From IMG/VR virus record IMGVR_UViG_3300042544_001941: DNA of 64,000 nt, one strand, 5' to 3'. This DNA comes from a virus. A model generated the notes under the pieces. That model was not told where the DNA came from, searched no databases, and worked only from the letters and a program-made list of their open reading frames with translations. Position 1 is the first letter of the stretch. Each line of letters starts with the position of its first letter. The translations under genes were made by a program, and so were the position numbers. Shown here piece by piece: positions 29,414-39,491 of this stretch.

Positions 29414-29893
29414 TTACATTAAATTTTTAATTCTTTCGATTTGTTCAAATAAACCCAATGATGATATTGGTGTTTTAAATGAATTATTTTTAACCATATT
29501 AAGTTGTGGTAAAAAATCAGGTTTTTTGCTGTGTTTCTTTAAAAAACTATTTTTTCTTTCTCCTGTAATTCCACCCATCTCATCAGCTTTCTTTCTACCT
29601 TCTTTTCTATTTGTTATTTGGTCTCTATCTTGACCTAAGACTGACCAACCAAATGATTCCATAGGTTCACCACCATATAAGTTATATGTTTTTGAATCTT
29701 TTACTTTATCAACAGATTTGAGGTCGTGAAGTATTCTTTTTAATTGACCATAATTCACTTTACCTGATTGAATTAGATTTTTCGCTCTATTAACACCTTC
29801 GGTATTATCAGAACTTGCACCTAATTGTACATTCAAGTGTTGTATTAAGTTTAATGGTAAATCGTATTCTCTACCTTGTAATTCACTATTCAT
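29414..29893 (-). CDS. Hypothetical protein (probable internal head protein)
   Basis: 159 aa ending LFEQIERIKNLM. Confidence 0.75.
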   Translation of the reverse strand: MNSELQGREYDLPLNLIQHLNVQLGASSDNTEGVNRAKNLIQSGKVNYGQLKRILHDLKSVDKVKDSKTYNLYGGEPMESFGWSVLGQDRDQITNRKEGRKKADEMGGITGERKNSFLKKHSKKPDFLPQLNMVKNNSFKTPISSLGLFEQIERIKNLM

Positions 29894-30677
29894 TATCTTC
29901 TGTGTGTTTTAAAATAACACTTGGTGATATTCCATTATCTTTCAAAGTATTAAGTAATACTTTAATTTGTCTTCTGATGATTGGTGACATTTTAGTTTCT
30001 TCATCTTTTTCTAAAACATCATTCACTTTGGTTCTTTTGGACATAATACTTTCCAAATACTCTTCAACGAATTTTTTAGGGTTCTCAACTAATCTAACTT
30101 TATCAGTGTCTTTTAATTTTTCATCGTACCCCATTTTCTCTAATCTTTCATCCGCCTCATCGTCAGGTAATCCTAAATCATCTTTAAAATGTTCTTCAGC
30201 ATCTTCATAATCGGCATCCACACCCATCGTCTCATCATATCCAAGTGATTTGTTCATTGCAATTTCAAGCATATCCTTTTTGGTTAACTCCACACCTTCG
30301 GCCCAATATTTTAATTGTGAAATATTTTTACTTGCAGGTCCAAAAGCACCAAATGTACCTATAGTATTCATATATGATTGAACGTAATCGTCAGTGGTGT
30401 CCTTAACAGTAACTCCTTTTGTTGCCAAATTAGTTGGTTTGTCGCTCGATGCGATGTTACCATCAGCATCCACAATCTCATCCATTTCAGTTTCTTTTTC
30501 TACCTTTTCAGGTAATTTTTTGAAATCTGTTTTATCTGAAAATTCTTTAGCCCACTCACCCCATTTCTTTTTCTCCTTTTTTGACACACCCTTTTCGTTC
30601 GCCTTTGCAAAGAAAAATTTATGTTGTTTTTTCGATACAAACTTCTCTTCGATAACTTGTTTTATAAATTGATTCAT
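29886..30677 (-). CDS. Hypothetical protein (probable internal head protein)
   Basis: N-terminal VIEEKFVSKKQHKFFFA...WAKEFSDKTDFKKLPEKV; ATG at 30677. Confidence 0.75.
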   Translation of the reverse strand: MNQFIKQVIEEKFVSKKQHKFFFAKANEKGVSKKEKKKWGEWAKEFSDKTDFKKLPEKVEKETEMDEIVDADGNIASSDKPTNLATKGVTVKDTTDDYVQSYMNTIGTFGAFGPASKNISQLKYWAEGVELTKKDMLEIAMNKSLGYDETMGVDADYEDAEEHFKDDLGLPDDEADERLEKMGYDEKLKDTDKVRLVENPKKFVEEYLESIMSKRTKVNDVLEKDEETKMSPIIRRQIKVLLNTLKDNGISPSVILKHTEDNE

Positions 30678-30690
30678 CAATATGGTTTTT

Positions 30691-30725
30691 ATATAAATAT
30701 CAAATGTTATGAAAGATATTTATAT
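30691..30725. promoter_or_regulatory. Back-to-back divergent late motifs (GATATTTATAT on both strands)
   Basis: ATATAAATATC at 30691-30701 and GATATTTATAT at 30715-30725, at the strand switch. Confidence 0.7.
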
Positions 30726-30729
30726 TAGT

Positions 30730-32091
30730 ATGAATACCCAAAATATTTTAAAGTTTTACGGTTCGAGGTTGGATGCTAAGCTAGATAGTTCAGAATTTTA
30801 CGATTATGAGATATCAAAAGTCCAAGAAGACTACAATGAGGACGTTTTAGATTTAACGGTTCCAATAACATATACGGGGTTAACAATTGACGCGGGGTTA
30901 GCTTACGCAAGTTGTTCAAGAAATACCATAACATTGTCTGAGTACGATAATTCAGTAAATGACTCTGAATATATCTATTCGGGTTTATCATATACAATTG
31001 ATTATGACGACTTTATAAATAATTTTGACGTTCCGTATGAATATACAATACTAAACAATAATATATATACATATACAGGTATTACGGGAGAAACTCATTA
31101 TTTTAGAATTGGTGGATTCAATAATCAAATTAATAACCTCTCGACAGGGTTTACCAAAGGTATTATTGATTGTTCGGCAATTTTGGATGGTGAAAGTTGT
31201 TGTCCCATACCTTTAAAATTATCAAATAAACCTTGGGCTTATGAATTTAATACAGGTTCTGGTGATGATAATTGTGACTCAATAATTAAAAGAAGAACTG
31301 AAAAAGGTTGGACTTTAGATTTTATTTTCAACAGAGAGAATATCAATTGGTATTCAAATAATGTATTTTATTACATTGGTGTTAGAGGGGATAATGATAT
31401 TGAAGATTATGCCGATAATAACTTATCGTTTCAATTTACTGCCGATAGAAGAATAAAATGGGCGGCTTACAGATATTCAGGTGTTTGTGACCCAACCGAT
31501 GGATATTCCGAATCTTATTATTTGGACCAAGATACAACTCCTCAACTTTGTACAACGGGTGCAACAAAAGATTTTAATGTAACAATAGTATTTGATAGAT
31601 ATAAAAGATACACCGATTGTAATTTAGAAAATGATGGTGGTTGGAATGATTTGATACCCGACCCAAATACGTCAACAACTGAAGAATTAAACAGGGAGTG
31701 GGCGTCTGAAAGAGAAAGAAGATTGGGAACACTTAAGATATATCTAAACGGAAGACCAATTTATAAAAAAGAAGATTGGGAGGAGGTGATACCTTCAGAA
31801 AGAGGAGTACAACCATTTGTACAATCTTGGGGTGGAGGAACGGGATATATGAATAATGTCCATAATGGAACTTGTTGTTTTAATATGAAGACAATTAAGT
31901 ATTATGAAGAACCGTTAGACTTCGTTCACGTTAGACATAATTTTTTAACGAGATTAAATCAATATGATTTCTTTATTTGTGGATTAAATTGTGAAGATGA
32001 TGTTTACACCATTGAGGGTGGTCATATTATAAATCAAAATGGTGAAATCATAACAAGTAGCGATGGTACACACATACTATATAGAACATAA
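30730..32091 (+). CDS. Putative virion protein, Cys-rich, possible LamG/concanavalin-like fold
   Basis: GWTLDFIF, TIVFDR, GTLKIYLNGRP, IKYYEEPL pattern; start placed at ATG 30730. Confidence 0.6.
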   Translation: MNTQNILKFYGSRLDAKLDSSEFYDYEISKVQEDYNEDVLDLTVPITYTGLTIDAGLAYASCSRNTITLSEYDNSVNDSEYIYSGLSYTIDYDDFINNFDVPYEYTILNNNIYTYTGITGETHYFRIGGFNNQINNLSTGFTKGIIDCSAILDGESCCPIPLKLSNKPWAYEFNTGSGDDNCDSIIKRRTEKGWTLDFIFNRENINWYSNNVFYYIGVRGDNDIEDYADNNLSFQFTADRRIKWAAYRYSGVCDPTDGYSESYYLDQDTTPQLCTTGATKDFNVTIVFDRYKRYTDCNLENDGGWNDLIPDPNTSTTEELNREWASERERRLGTLKIYLNGRPIYKKEDWEEVIPSERGVQPFVQSWGGGTGYMNNVHNGTCCFNMKTIKYYEEPLDFVHVRHNFLTRLNQYDFFICGLNCEDDVYTIEGGHIINQNGEIITSSDGTHILYRT

Positions 32092-32109
32092 AAACTAATA
32101 TTTATAGAA

Positions 32110-33903
32110 ATGGCAGAAAATAAACTAATATCAGAACTATCAGGAATAACAAACCCAAGTCTTACGGGGTATACCGTTTATGATGACGGAATAACCACCT
32201 ACAGAATGGCGTTAGGTGAATTAACGGCATACGTAACAGCCGCGGAAGGTGATTTTGCAACTACGGGAAGTAACATTTTTAATGGTTCACAAACTATTAA
32301 CGGTTCAATTATAATATCGGGAAGTGGTAATATACATACAAAACCTTCAAATCCTGTCACAGGAATGACGAGGAATATGTCATCATATAATACTTTTATT
32401 GGTAGTGAATCAATTCCACAAAAAAGTGATAATATGCAGTTTTCACCGACTGTTAGTTATAATATTGGTGCCGTACAGGGAAATACAATTAATTTTTATG
32501 GCCCTAACACTACAACATCTTCTTGGAATGCACTGAGTAATTTATTTATGGGGGGACAAGGAATCAATTTTGGTACTCTGTCCAACCCAATGAATAAAAT
32601 ATCGGGGTCTGTTCAGCTTTCTGCAAACATTTTAAATAATGGAACTATCAATGTTAAAGGATATAGTTCAAGTTTAAGTGGTCCTTTTAATTTAACGGGT
32701 AACCTTATTAATGGTGGATTAGTTACTTTAAATGCATATTCTAGTTCAATAAATTTTAATTCAAATATTGCGAACGCCACGATTAGTGTTGATAATTCAT
32801 TCACACCAATATCAGGAACGCCAACTTCAGCACTTTCACCAAGAGTGAATCTTAACTTGTTATATGGTAATAATCATAAAATTATTTTTAGCGGTTCAAA
32901 TACTCTTACAGGTCAAACAAAAACATTTAACTATAACTTAGTACAGGGAGAATTTATTACCGCGTCTATTGGTAGTGGTGATAGTTCAAATATATCTAAC
33001 ACCGCAATCGTTGGTAATAGTTTGGTGGTTAGTGGTTCATCTACTATGGTTAATGGTGATGCTAATAGTACACCAAATAACACGTATGGTTCCGCATTTT
33101 TTGGTAGATTCAACTCATTAGATGGTAATAAATCAAAAACTGCCGAGACAATATTTGCGGTCGGTACTGGTACACAAACCTCAAGAAAAACAGGATTTTT
33201 AATTGACAGTGGTTCAAATACTCACGTTGATGGTACGTTTAATGTTACTGGCTCAAGTACGTTTTTGGGTACACAAATTATAAAAGATGCCGTTATTATT
33301 GGTCCGAGTGGTAGTAGGCACACTAATAACCCTGAAATGTTACACGTCCAAAATAGTGGAAGTTTTAATATTGCACATCTTCAAGGTAATGTTGACAGTT
33401 ATTTTCAACTTAATATAAAGAATGAAAGTTCTGCTGCAGGAGCAAGTACTGACTTTGTTGCTACCGCAGATAATGGAACTGAAAATTTACATTATGTTAA
33501 TATGGGTATTAACTCAAGTGGTTTTCTTACACCGTTTTCAGTTGGTTATCAAAATGATGCGTACCTAATTAACAGAGGTAGAGATTTATATATTGGTTCT
33601 TTGGATGGTCCGGATTATGACCATACTCACGTTCATTTATTTTCTTCTAATAGTTGGCAAAATCCACAGATTAGTATTATAAGTGAAGGAAAGATAGGAT
33701 TTAACACAGGTTCTGTAACAACAGGATACAAATATGAATTTAGTGGTAGTGTTAAATTAAATAATAATTTAAAAACGGATGGATTTACAATATTAACAAA
33801 TGTAACCTCAAGTTTTACAAATGACGCGGCGGCCGCGGCTGGTGGTGTACCATTACAAGGACTATATAGAAGTGGTAGTTACGTTTTAATTAGATTAACA
33901 TAA
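32110..33903 (+). CDS. Tail fibre / receptor-binding-like protein
   Basis: N/S/G/T-rich; ATTGSNIFNGSQTINGS; C-terminal FTNDAAAAAGGVPLQGLYR cap; late motif at 32099-32106. Confidence 0.65.
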   Translation: MAENKLISELSGITNPSLTGYTVYDDGITTYRMALGELTAYVTAAEGDFATTGSNIFNGSQTINGSIIISGSGNIHTKPSNPVTGMTRNMSSYNTFIGSESIPQKSDNMQFSPTVSYNIGAVQGNTINFYGPNTTTSSWNALSNLFMGGQGINFGTLSNPMNKISGSVQLSANILNNGTINVKGYSSSLSGPFNLTGNLINGGLVTLNAYSSSINFNSNIANATISVDNSFTPISGTPTSALSPRVNLNLLYGNNHKIIFSGSNTLTGQTKTFNYNLVQGEFITASIGSGDSSNISNTAIVGNSLVVSGSSTMVNGDANSTPNNTYGSAFFGRFNSLDGNKSKTAETIFAVGTGTQTSRKTGFLIDSGSNTHVDGTFNVTGSSTFLGTQIIKDAVIIGPSGSRHTNNPEMLHVQNSGSFNIAHLQGNVDSYFQLNIKNESSAAGASTDFVATADNGTENLHYVNMGINSSGFLTPFSVGYQNDAYLINRGRDLYIGSLDGPDYDHTHVHLFSSNSWQNPQISIISEGKIGFNTGSVTTGYKYEFSGSVKLNNNLKTDGFTILTNVTSSFTNDAAAAAGGVPLQGLYRSGSYVLIRLT

Positions 33904-33904
33904 T

Positions 33905-34273
33905 ATGGAATTTTTTATCAGACAGGGCGCAAGTGACCCAATATTGAAAATGAAATTGATTGATGACGGTAAAAACGACAAGTCGTCCTTTAATGATATG
34001 CTAGAGAATTCCGACATCACATTCGAAATGTTTGATGTTAAAACAGAAGAATATCATATCTTAAACGGTCCTTGTCTATTAACGACAAGAACCAAAAAGT
34101 ATGACCAAACAACTGACGAATACTACATTACCTATCGTTTTTCAGAAGAAGGTACGTCAGTTAAAGGTAGATACGAAGGAATTGTAACGGTTCAATTTTT
34201 AGATACAAACTCAAACCCAACAACAAAACTTATCCTTCCAATCAAAGAAAAATTATACATTAACGTAGTGTAA
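33905..34273 (+). CDS. BppU-N-like (baseplate/fibre adaptor) protein
   Basis: FFIRQGASDPILKMKL...YRF...T...GRYEG.....F....KLILP. Confidence 0.55.
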   Translation: MEFFIRQGASDPILKMKLIDDGKNDKSSFNDMLENSDITFEMFDVKTEEYHILNGPCLLTTRTKKYDQTTDEYYITYRFSEEGTSVKGRYEGIVTVQFLDTNSNPTTKLILPIKEKLYINVV

Positions 34274-34305
34274 TTTGTTTTTCACCGTTTAATTTTTTAT
34301 ATTTA
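34274..34305 (+). promoter_or_regulatory. Bacteroidota-type promoter TTTG-N20-TATATTTA for DNA polymerase
   Basis: TTTG at 34274-34277, TATATTTA at 34298-34305. Confidence 0.55.
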
Positions 34306-34369
34306 TTAAGTAACAAGGCAAACTGTGATTTAGGTCACAAGCTAATACGTCACTTTAAAAAAATATAAA

Positions 34370-37267
34370 ATGAAAGAGGTAATATCTCAGGAAGTTATTG
34401 AAAGCTTCCTTAACGGTGGTGACCCCGAAGAGTTCATCGTGGGTGTTGAATATGACTACCCAACCAACAAAATCTACAAAATTATTCAGGACCCTATTCA
34501 GGGTAAAATCATTAAAGAAGATACGTTTACTCCATTTATGTGGGTAGGTGATTTATCAGGATTAAATTTCTATGGTAATTCCAAATCCATTCAAAAGAAA
34601 AGGATGGGTGAATTCGGTATTCTTATTGAAAAATTAGAAACCGGTGGAAATGAAAGACTTGAAGCAGGTATGAAATTTTTAGTAAAAAGTATTAAAAGTT
34701 ATACTGACTTAATTTCATTTTTCAGGATGGGAGGATTAAATCCTTGGGACGAAAAGGTTAGACAACATTTTACAATTCTATCCCCCGTAGAACAATACCT
34801 AATTCAAAAAAGAAAAAGATTATTTAAGGGTATTGACGATTATGGTGGTGTTCATCGATTTGTATTCGATATTGAGACCACAGGTTTAGACCCTGAAACT
34901 TGTAATATCATTCTGATTGGAGTTAAAGATAACCGTGGTTTGAATGAAACAATTCCTGCATTTGGTGAAGATGGTGAAAAGACTTGTATAGAAAGGTTTT
35001 TTCATCATATTAGAAATTTGAAACCAACAATCATCGGAGGTTATAACTCAGCGTTTTTCGACTGGCCCTTTATTTTAAAAAGAGCAATGAAACTTGGTGT
35101 TAATGTTGAAGGTTTAACACAAATCTTTACATCACAAGGTATGAAAGAGAAAGAAGGGATGTTAAAACTTGCAAATGAAATTGAACCATATACACAACAC
35201 GTAATGTGGGGTTTCAATATTATTGATATTGCACATTCAGTTCGTAGAGCTCAGGCAATTAACTCAGAGATTAAGTCTTGGGGTTTGAAATATATTACAC
35301 AATATTTGGAGAAAGAAAAACCTAATCGTGTTTACGTTGATGGTGGTAAAATCTCTAAGATATATCTTGATAATGAAAGTTATTATGTAAATCCTAAGAC
35401 GGGAAATTACAAACAAATTGGTGACCCTGGTACAGAAGGGTTAATGGATAAATATCCCGGCAAATTTGAAATATGGCCGGGTAGAAAGATTGTAGAACAA
35501 TATCTTGACGATGACTTGTACGAAACAATGATTGTAGATGATTCATTCTCACAATCAACGTTTCTACTTTCTAAATTGGTTCCTACAACATATGAAAGAA
35601 TTGCAACAATGGGTACCGCAACATTATGGAAGATAATAATGTTAGCTTGGTCTTATGAGAATAACTTAGCAGTTCCCGCCAAAGATGAGAAACGTGCAAT
35701 TACAGGAGGACTTTCTCGTTTGTTAAATGTTGGATACTCAAAGAACATTGTTAAGTTTGACTACGCATCACTTTATCCATCTATTCAACTTGTATATGAT
35801 GTATTCCCTGAATGTGATATTATGGGTGTACAGAAATCAATGTTAAAGTATTTCCGTAATATTCGTATTAAGTATAAAAGACTTGCCGGTGAATTGAAAA
35901 ATTCAAATCCAATCGAAGCGGAAATGTATGACCGTAAACAATTACCAATTAAGATTTTTATCAATGCGTATTTTGGTAGTTTATCCGCACCTCAAGTATT
36001 TCCTTGGGGTGATATGAATATGGGTGAAACTATTACGTGTACAGGTCGTCAATGTTTACGTATGATGATTATGTTCTTTATGAAGAAAGGATATAAACCT
36101 CTCGTAATGGATACGGATGGTGTGAACTTTGAAACTCCTGATACGATTAATGAACACAAATATATTGGTAAAGGTTTAAACGAATTAGTAGATGAAGGTA
36201 AGGAATACGAAGGTATTGAAGCCGACACCGCAGAGTTTAACGACATCTTTATGAGAAATGAAATGGGTCTTGATATTGACTACACAGCACCCGCCTGTAT
36301 TAATGTTTCTCGTAAGAACTACATCATTAAGTTGATGAAGAAAGGTAAAGAAAAAATTAAATTAACAGGTAACACAATTAAATCTAAAAAATTACAAACA
36401 TACATTGTTGAGTTTTTGGATGAGGGTTTAAAGATGTTATTAAATGGTGATGGTTTATCTTTTGTTGAGTTGTATTATGAATATGTAACCAAGATTTATA
36501 ATAAAGAAATACCATTAGCCAAGATTGCAAATAAGGCTCGTGTTAAACAGTCAATTGACGATTATAAAAAACACATTAAGAAGACAACTAAAGCAGGTTC
36601 ATTAATGTCTCGACAAGCACATATGGAATTGATTATTCAAAATGATTATCCTGCAGGTCTTGGAGATACAATATATTACGTAAATAATGGTGTGAAAAAA
36701 TCTTCGGGTGATGTAACCAAGATTACCAAACCAACCAAGAAACAACAAGAGGATTATCGTGCTAAATTTGGTTCTGATATACCGAGTGAATATGTTGAAA
36801 TCAATTGTTATATGATTCCTGAAAAAGAAATTGTAAACAATCCAAACTTAACAGGTGATTATAATGTTGCTCGTTATTTGACTAACTTCAATAAACGAAT
36901 CGAACCATTACTTTGTGTATTCAAACCCGAAATACGTGAAGATATATTGATTGAAAATCCTGAGGAAAGACAATACTTTACAAAACTACAATGTGAATTA
37001 ATCAATGGTCACCCATTAAAAGAGGATGGTCAAGATAAATTTGATGAGGTGATGACATTGTCAGATAGTGAGGTGTTATTTTGGAACAGAGTTGGTCGTG
37101 ACCCATTCTTTATGTATGTGGAAAACAGCTTAGAACTTGCAGACCCATATTGGGTAGACCACAATAGAAAAGTTGTTACTCTACAAGCAGAAAGTATAAA
37201 GAGTAACGAAGATGAGATAATCGAAACCAATGGTAACGATTTCGCACTACACGCAGTAGAAATTTAA
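34370..37267 (+). CDS. polB: Family B DNA polymerase
   Basis: ExoI FDIETT, ExoII YNSAFFDWPF, ExoIII YLDDD; polymerase motifs DYASLYPS, KIFINAYFG, DTDG. Confidence 0.96.
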   Translation: MKEVISQEVIESFLNGGDPEEFIVGVEYDYPTNKIYKIIQDPIQGKIIKEDTFTPFMWVGDLSGLNFYGNSKSIQKKRMGEFGILIEKLETGGNERLEAGMKFLVKSIKSYTDLISFFRMGGLNPWDEKVRQHFTILSPVEQYLIQKRKRLFKGIDDYGGVHRFVFDIETTGLDPETCNIILIGVKDNRGLNETIPAFGEDGEKTCIERFFHHIRNLKPTIIGGYNSAFFDWPFILKRAMKLGVNVEGLTQIFTSQGMKEKEGMLKLANEIEPYTQHVMWGFNIIDIAHSVRRAQAINSEIKSWGLKYITQYLEKEKPNRVYVDGGKISKIYLDNESYYVNPKTGNYKQIGDPGTEGLMDKYPGKFEIWPGRKIVEQYLDDDLYETMIVDDSFSQSTFLLSKLVPTTYERIATMGTATLWKIIMLAWSYENNLAVPAKDEKRAITGGLSRLLNVGYSKNIVKFDYASLYPSIQLVYDVFPECDIMGVQKSMLKYFRNIRIKYKRLAGELKNSNPIEAEMYDRKQLPIKIFINAYFGSLSAPQVFPWGDMNMGETITCTGRQCLRMMIMFFMKKGYKPLVMDTDGVNFETPDTINEHKYIGKGLNELVDEGKEYEGIEADTAEFNDIFMRNEMGLDIDYTAPACINVSRKNYIIKLMKKGKEKIKLTGNTIKSKKLQTYIVEFLDEGLKMLLNGDGLSFVELYYEYVTKIYNKEIPLAKIANKARVKQSIDDYKKHIKKTTKAGSLMSRQAHMELIIQNDYPAGLGDTIYYVNNGVKKSSGDVTKITKPTKKQQEDYRAKFGSDIPSEYVEINCYMIPEKEIVNNPNLTGDYNVARYLTNFNKRIEPLLCVFKPEIREDILIENPEERQYFTKLQCELINGHPLKEDGQDKFDEVMTLSDSEVLFWNRVGRDPFFMYVENSLELADPYWVDHNRKVVTLQAESIKSNEDEIIETNGNDFALHAVEI

Positions 37268-38382
37268 ATCACATTAAATGGTGAAGGCATCGCCCTGAAC
37301 TTTAATGCTTTGTTAAGATTTTCGGCCTCGTTCGCTTTTCTTTCCAACATTTTGTCAGGGCGAAGTCTTTCTAATCTAGCCATTAATTCTTCAACCAATT
37401 TCATTCTTTCATCTTTACCTTCAGTAAGTAAAGAACTATAATCTAATTTAATAGTACTATCGGGAACTTGTAGGTCACCTGAGAACTTACCCCATATACG
37501 ACCTAAACCTTCTTTAGCATAACCTATTAGGTACTTTCTAACCCAGTTTTGTGCGGGTTTATTTAGTGTGTCCCAAGTTAGTTGTTCAGTATCAACATCA
37601 GACGGTAATTTAATAACGTCTTTGTTTTTCTCAAGACAAGTGTCTCTATCAGTAGTTTCATAATACCAATACCAAACTTTATAGTTTGCCTGTTTAATAG
37701 AACCAAAATCAAATTTACCGCCAGGTACGTTCATTAAATGTACAATTTTTGTACCGTTTGGTCCTGCAGTAACTCTATATGTTAATTCACCACCGATAAG
37801 ACGGTTTTTAATATTTCTATCTTGCATTCTCAACAATAAGTCGAACGCCGGTAACATAAAGTACGAACCCGATGTACCAATTTGAGCAAAACCACCCACA
37901 CCACCAAAACCAACACCACCAAGACCACCAAAACCTCCTAAGAACGGGTCAACAATAGAGTCTGTAAGTTCAGCACGGGTAAACCATAAAAGTTCATTCA
38001 ATTCACGACCCGCAGGAATTACATAGGTTTGAGTACCTCCCGTCAATTCAAAGTAATCCTTTTTTAACTCGTGAGGTCCGTTAGCTTGTAAACCCACAAT
38101 CTTAGAATATGAGTACGTATATTGAGTTTCATAGTCTAAACTTCTTGTGGTGAAAGCTCTTGTTAATGATTGTGTATCAACATCCAATCCAGCTAATGCT
38201 GACCATTGGGATTCAATTAACCAATCCGAAACATATTGTTCGTACTCAGACAATGAAAACTCCATAAAGGTATCCATTTGTTCTTCGGTTAATTCAATTC
38301 CTCTTACAGGCATACCCAATAGGTTAAACACCTGAGAATATAGTTTTTCTTTTTCTGGTTGAGATATAATAGTTGCGCTCAT
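37264..38382 (-). CDS. Neck protein (T4 gp13-like head completion)
   Basis: LGMPVRGIELTEEQ, WVRKY...AKEGLGRIWGKF; late motif at 38397-38404. Confidence 0.8.
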   Translation of the reverse strand: MSATIISQPEKEKLYSQVFNLLGMPVRGIELTEEQMDTFMEFSLSEYEQYVSDWLIESQWSALAGLDVDTQSLTRAFTTRSLDYETQYTYSYSKIVGLQANGPHELKKDYFELTGGTQTYVIPAGRELNELLWFTRAELTDSIVDPFLGGFGGLGGVGFGGVGGFAQIGTSGSYFMLPAFDLLLRMQDRNIKNRLIGGELTYRVTAGPNGTKIVHLMNVPGGKFDFGSIKQANYKVWYWYYETTDRDTCLEKNKDVIKLPSDVDTEQLTWDTLNKPAQNWVRKYLIGYAKEGLGRIWGKFSGDLQVPDSTIKLDYSSLLTEGKDERMKLVEELMARLERLRPDKMLERKANEAENLNKALKFRAMPSPFNVI

Positions 38383-38420
38383 ATTTGATATATTCCTATA
38401 AATAGTTTATTTTTGGTAAT

Positions 38421-39491
38421 ATGAACGTCCAAGAAAGATTAAAAACTTTAGAAATAACAAACTACGTAATGTCGGAAGATACGTGGGCGGACATACATTC
38501 AACTGATTATAAGAATAGGATTTCTAAAAGTATAAAATATATTTTAGAGGAATTATATAAGCAAAAGGGTTTATGGTTACAAAATCCTAAATGTTCTTAT
38601 GAAAAACTTGGGGTAGTCATAAACGGGAAATGGCACAGATTGAACACTCTCGAAACAAACTCAAGGGGGTTAATTTATTTGTTTAATCTATGTAACCAAT
38701 ACCTTTTAGAATTAAAAAATTCAGGTGTTGTATCGATAAAAATAAACGATGTAGACATTTCAACCGAGAAAATTTTCATTAACGATAATTGGGAGAAGGA
38801 AAAGTCTTTAACCGATTTAAAGATTAAAAATTTATTAAGAATTATTAGACACCATTCTCAAGGATGGTTAACATATGATAGTCCTGTTTGTGTTGAATTA
38901 ATGAAAATTTGTTATGAGACAATGTTGATTGGAGATACTGCAGAATTTCTGTGTGAACTCCATATAAATAAAATAAACTCAAATATAACAAGTTACGTAG
39001 TTACTGAAGGTCTTGGGGACTGTAATGATATTGACCAAGGTACTGACTTATGGATTTACAATAACCAAGGAGAGTCAAAATATCAAATAAAACACAAATA
39101 TTATAACGTAGATAAAGATGGTAATGTAACAACTTACGCAAATTTCAGTTCGTATTCTAAATGTGATTTTTTTGTATTGGTTTATAAAAACAATATATTA
39201 ACGGTAACAAATAAAAATAATGTTAGGAATAAAAAGGAATGGTTTTTTCCTAAACAAAATATAACAAATAATTTTAAAACAATCGATATGTTTAACGAAT
39301 TAAAATCATTAATGAGAATCACAGGTAACAACGATATTACATTGTTGATTACAAGAAACGAAACGGTAAACGAAGTTAACTACAACCAAGAGAACAAAAC
39401 GGTATCGATTAATTTTATCGACGATTCTGATGAATCAATTAAAGATAAAATTAATGAAGTGATTAAAGAATTAGAGAAGACTTTTAAGTAA
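38421..39491 (+). CDS. Hypothetical protein, possible PD-(D/E)XK nuclease
   Basis: GDTAE...DIDQGTDLW......YQIK...CDFFVLV. Confidence 0.5.
   Translation: MNVQERLKTLEITNYVMSEDTWADIHSTDYKNRISKSIKYILEELYKQKGLWLQNPKCSYEKLGVVINGKWHRLNTLETNSRGLIYLFNLCNQYLLELKNSGVVSIKINDVDISTEKIFINDNWEKEKSLTDLKIKNLLRIIRHHSQGWLTYDSPVCVELMKICYETMLIGDTAEFLCELHINKINSNITSYVVTEGLGDCNDIDQGTDLWIYNNQGESKYQIKHKYYNVDKDGNVTTYANFSSYSKCDFFVLVYKNNILTVTNKNNVRNKKEWFFPKQNITNNFKTIDMFNELKSLMRITGNNDITLLITRNETVNEVNYNQENKTVSINFIDDSDESIKDKINEVIKELEKTFK

Noticed and set aside
34316-34355. c-di-GMP-I riboswitch (GGCAAAC start)
   Set aside because: It lacks the GNRA loop, the GACGCAAAGC junction and a second stem with tetraloop receptor; kept only as a generic structured leader
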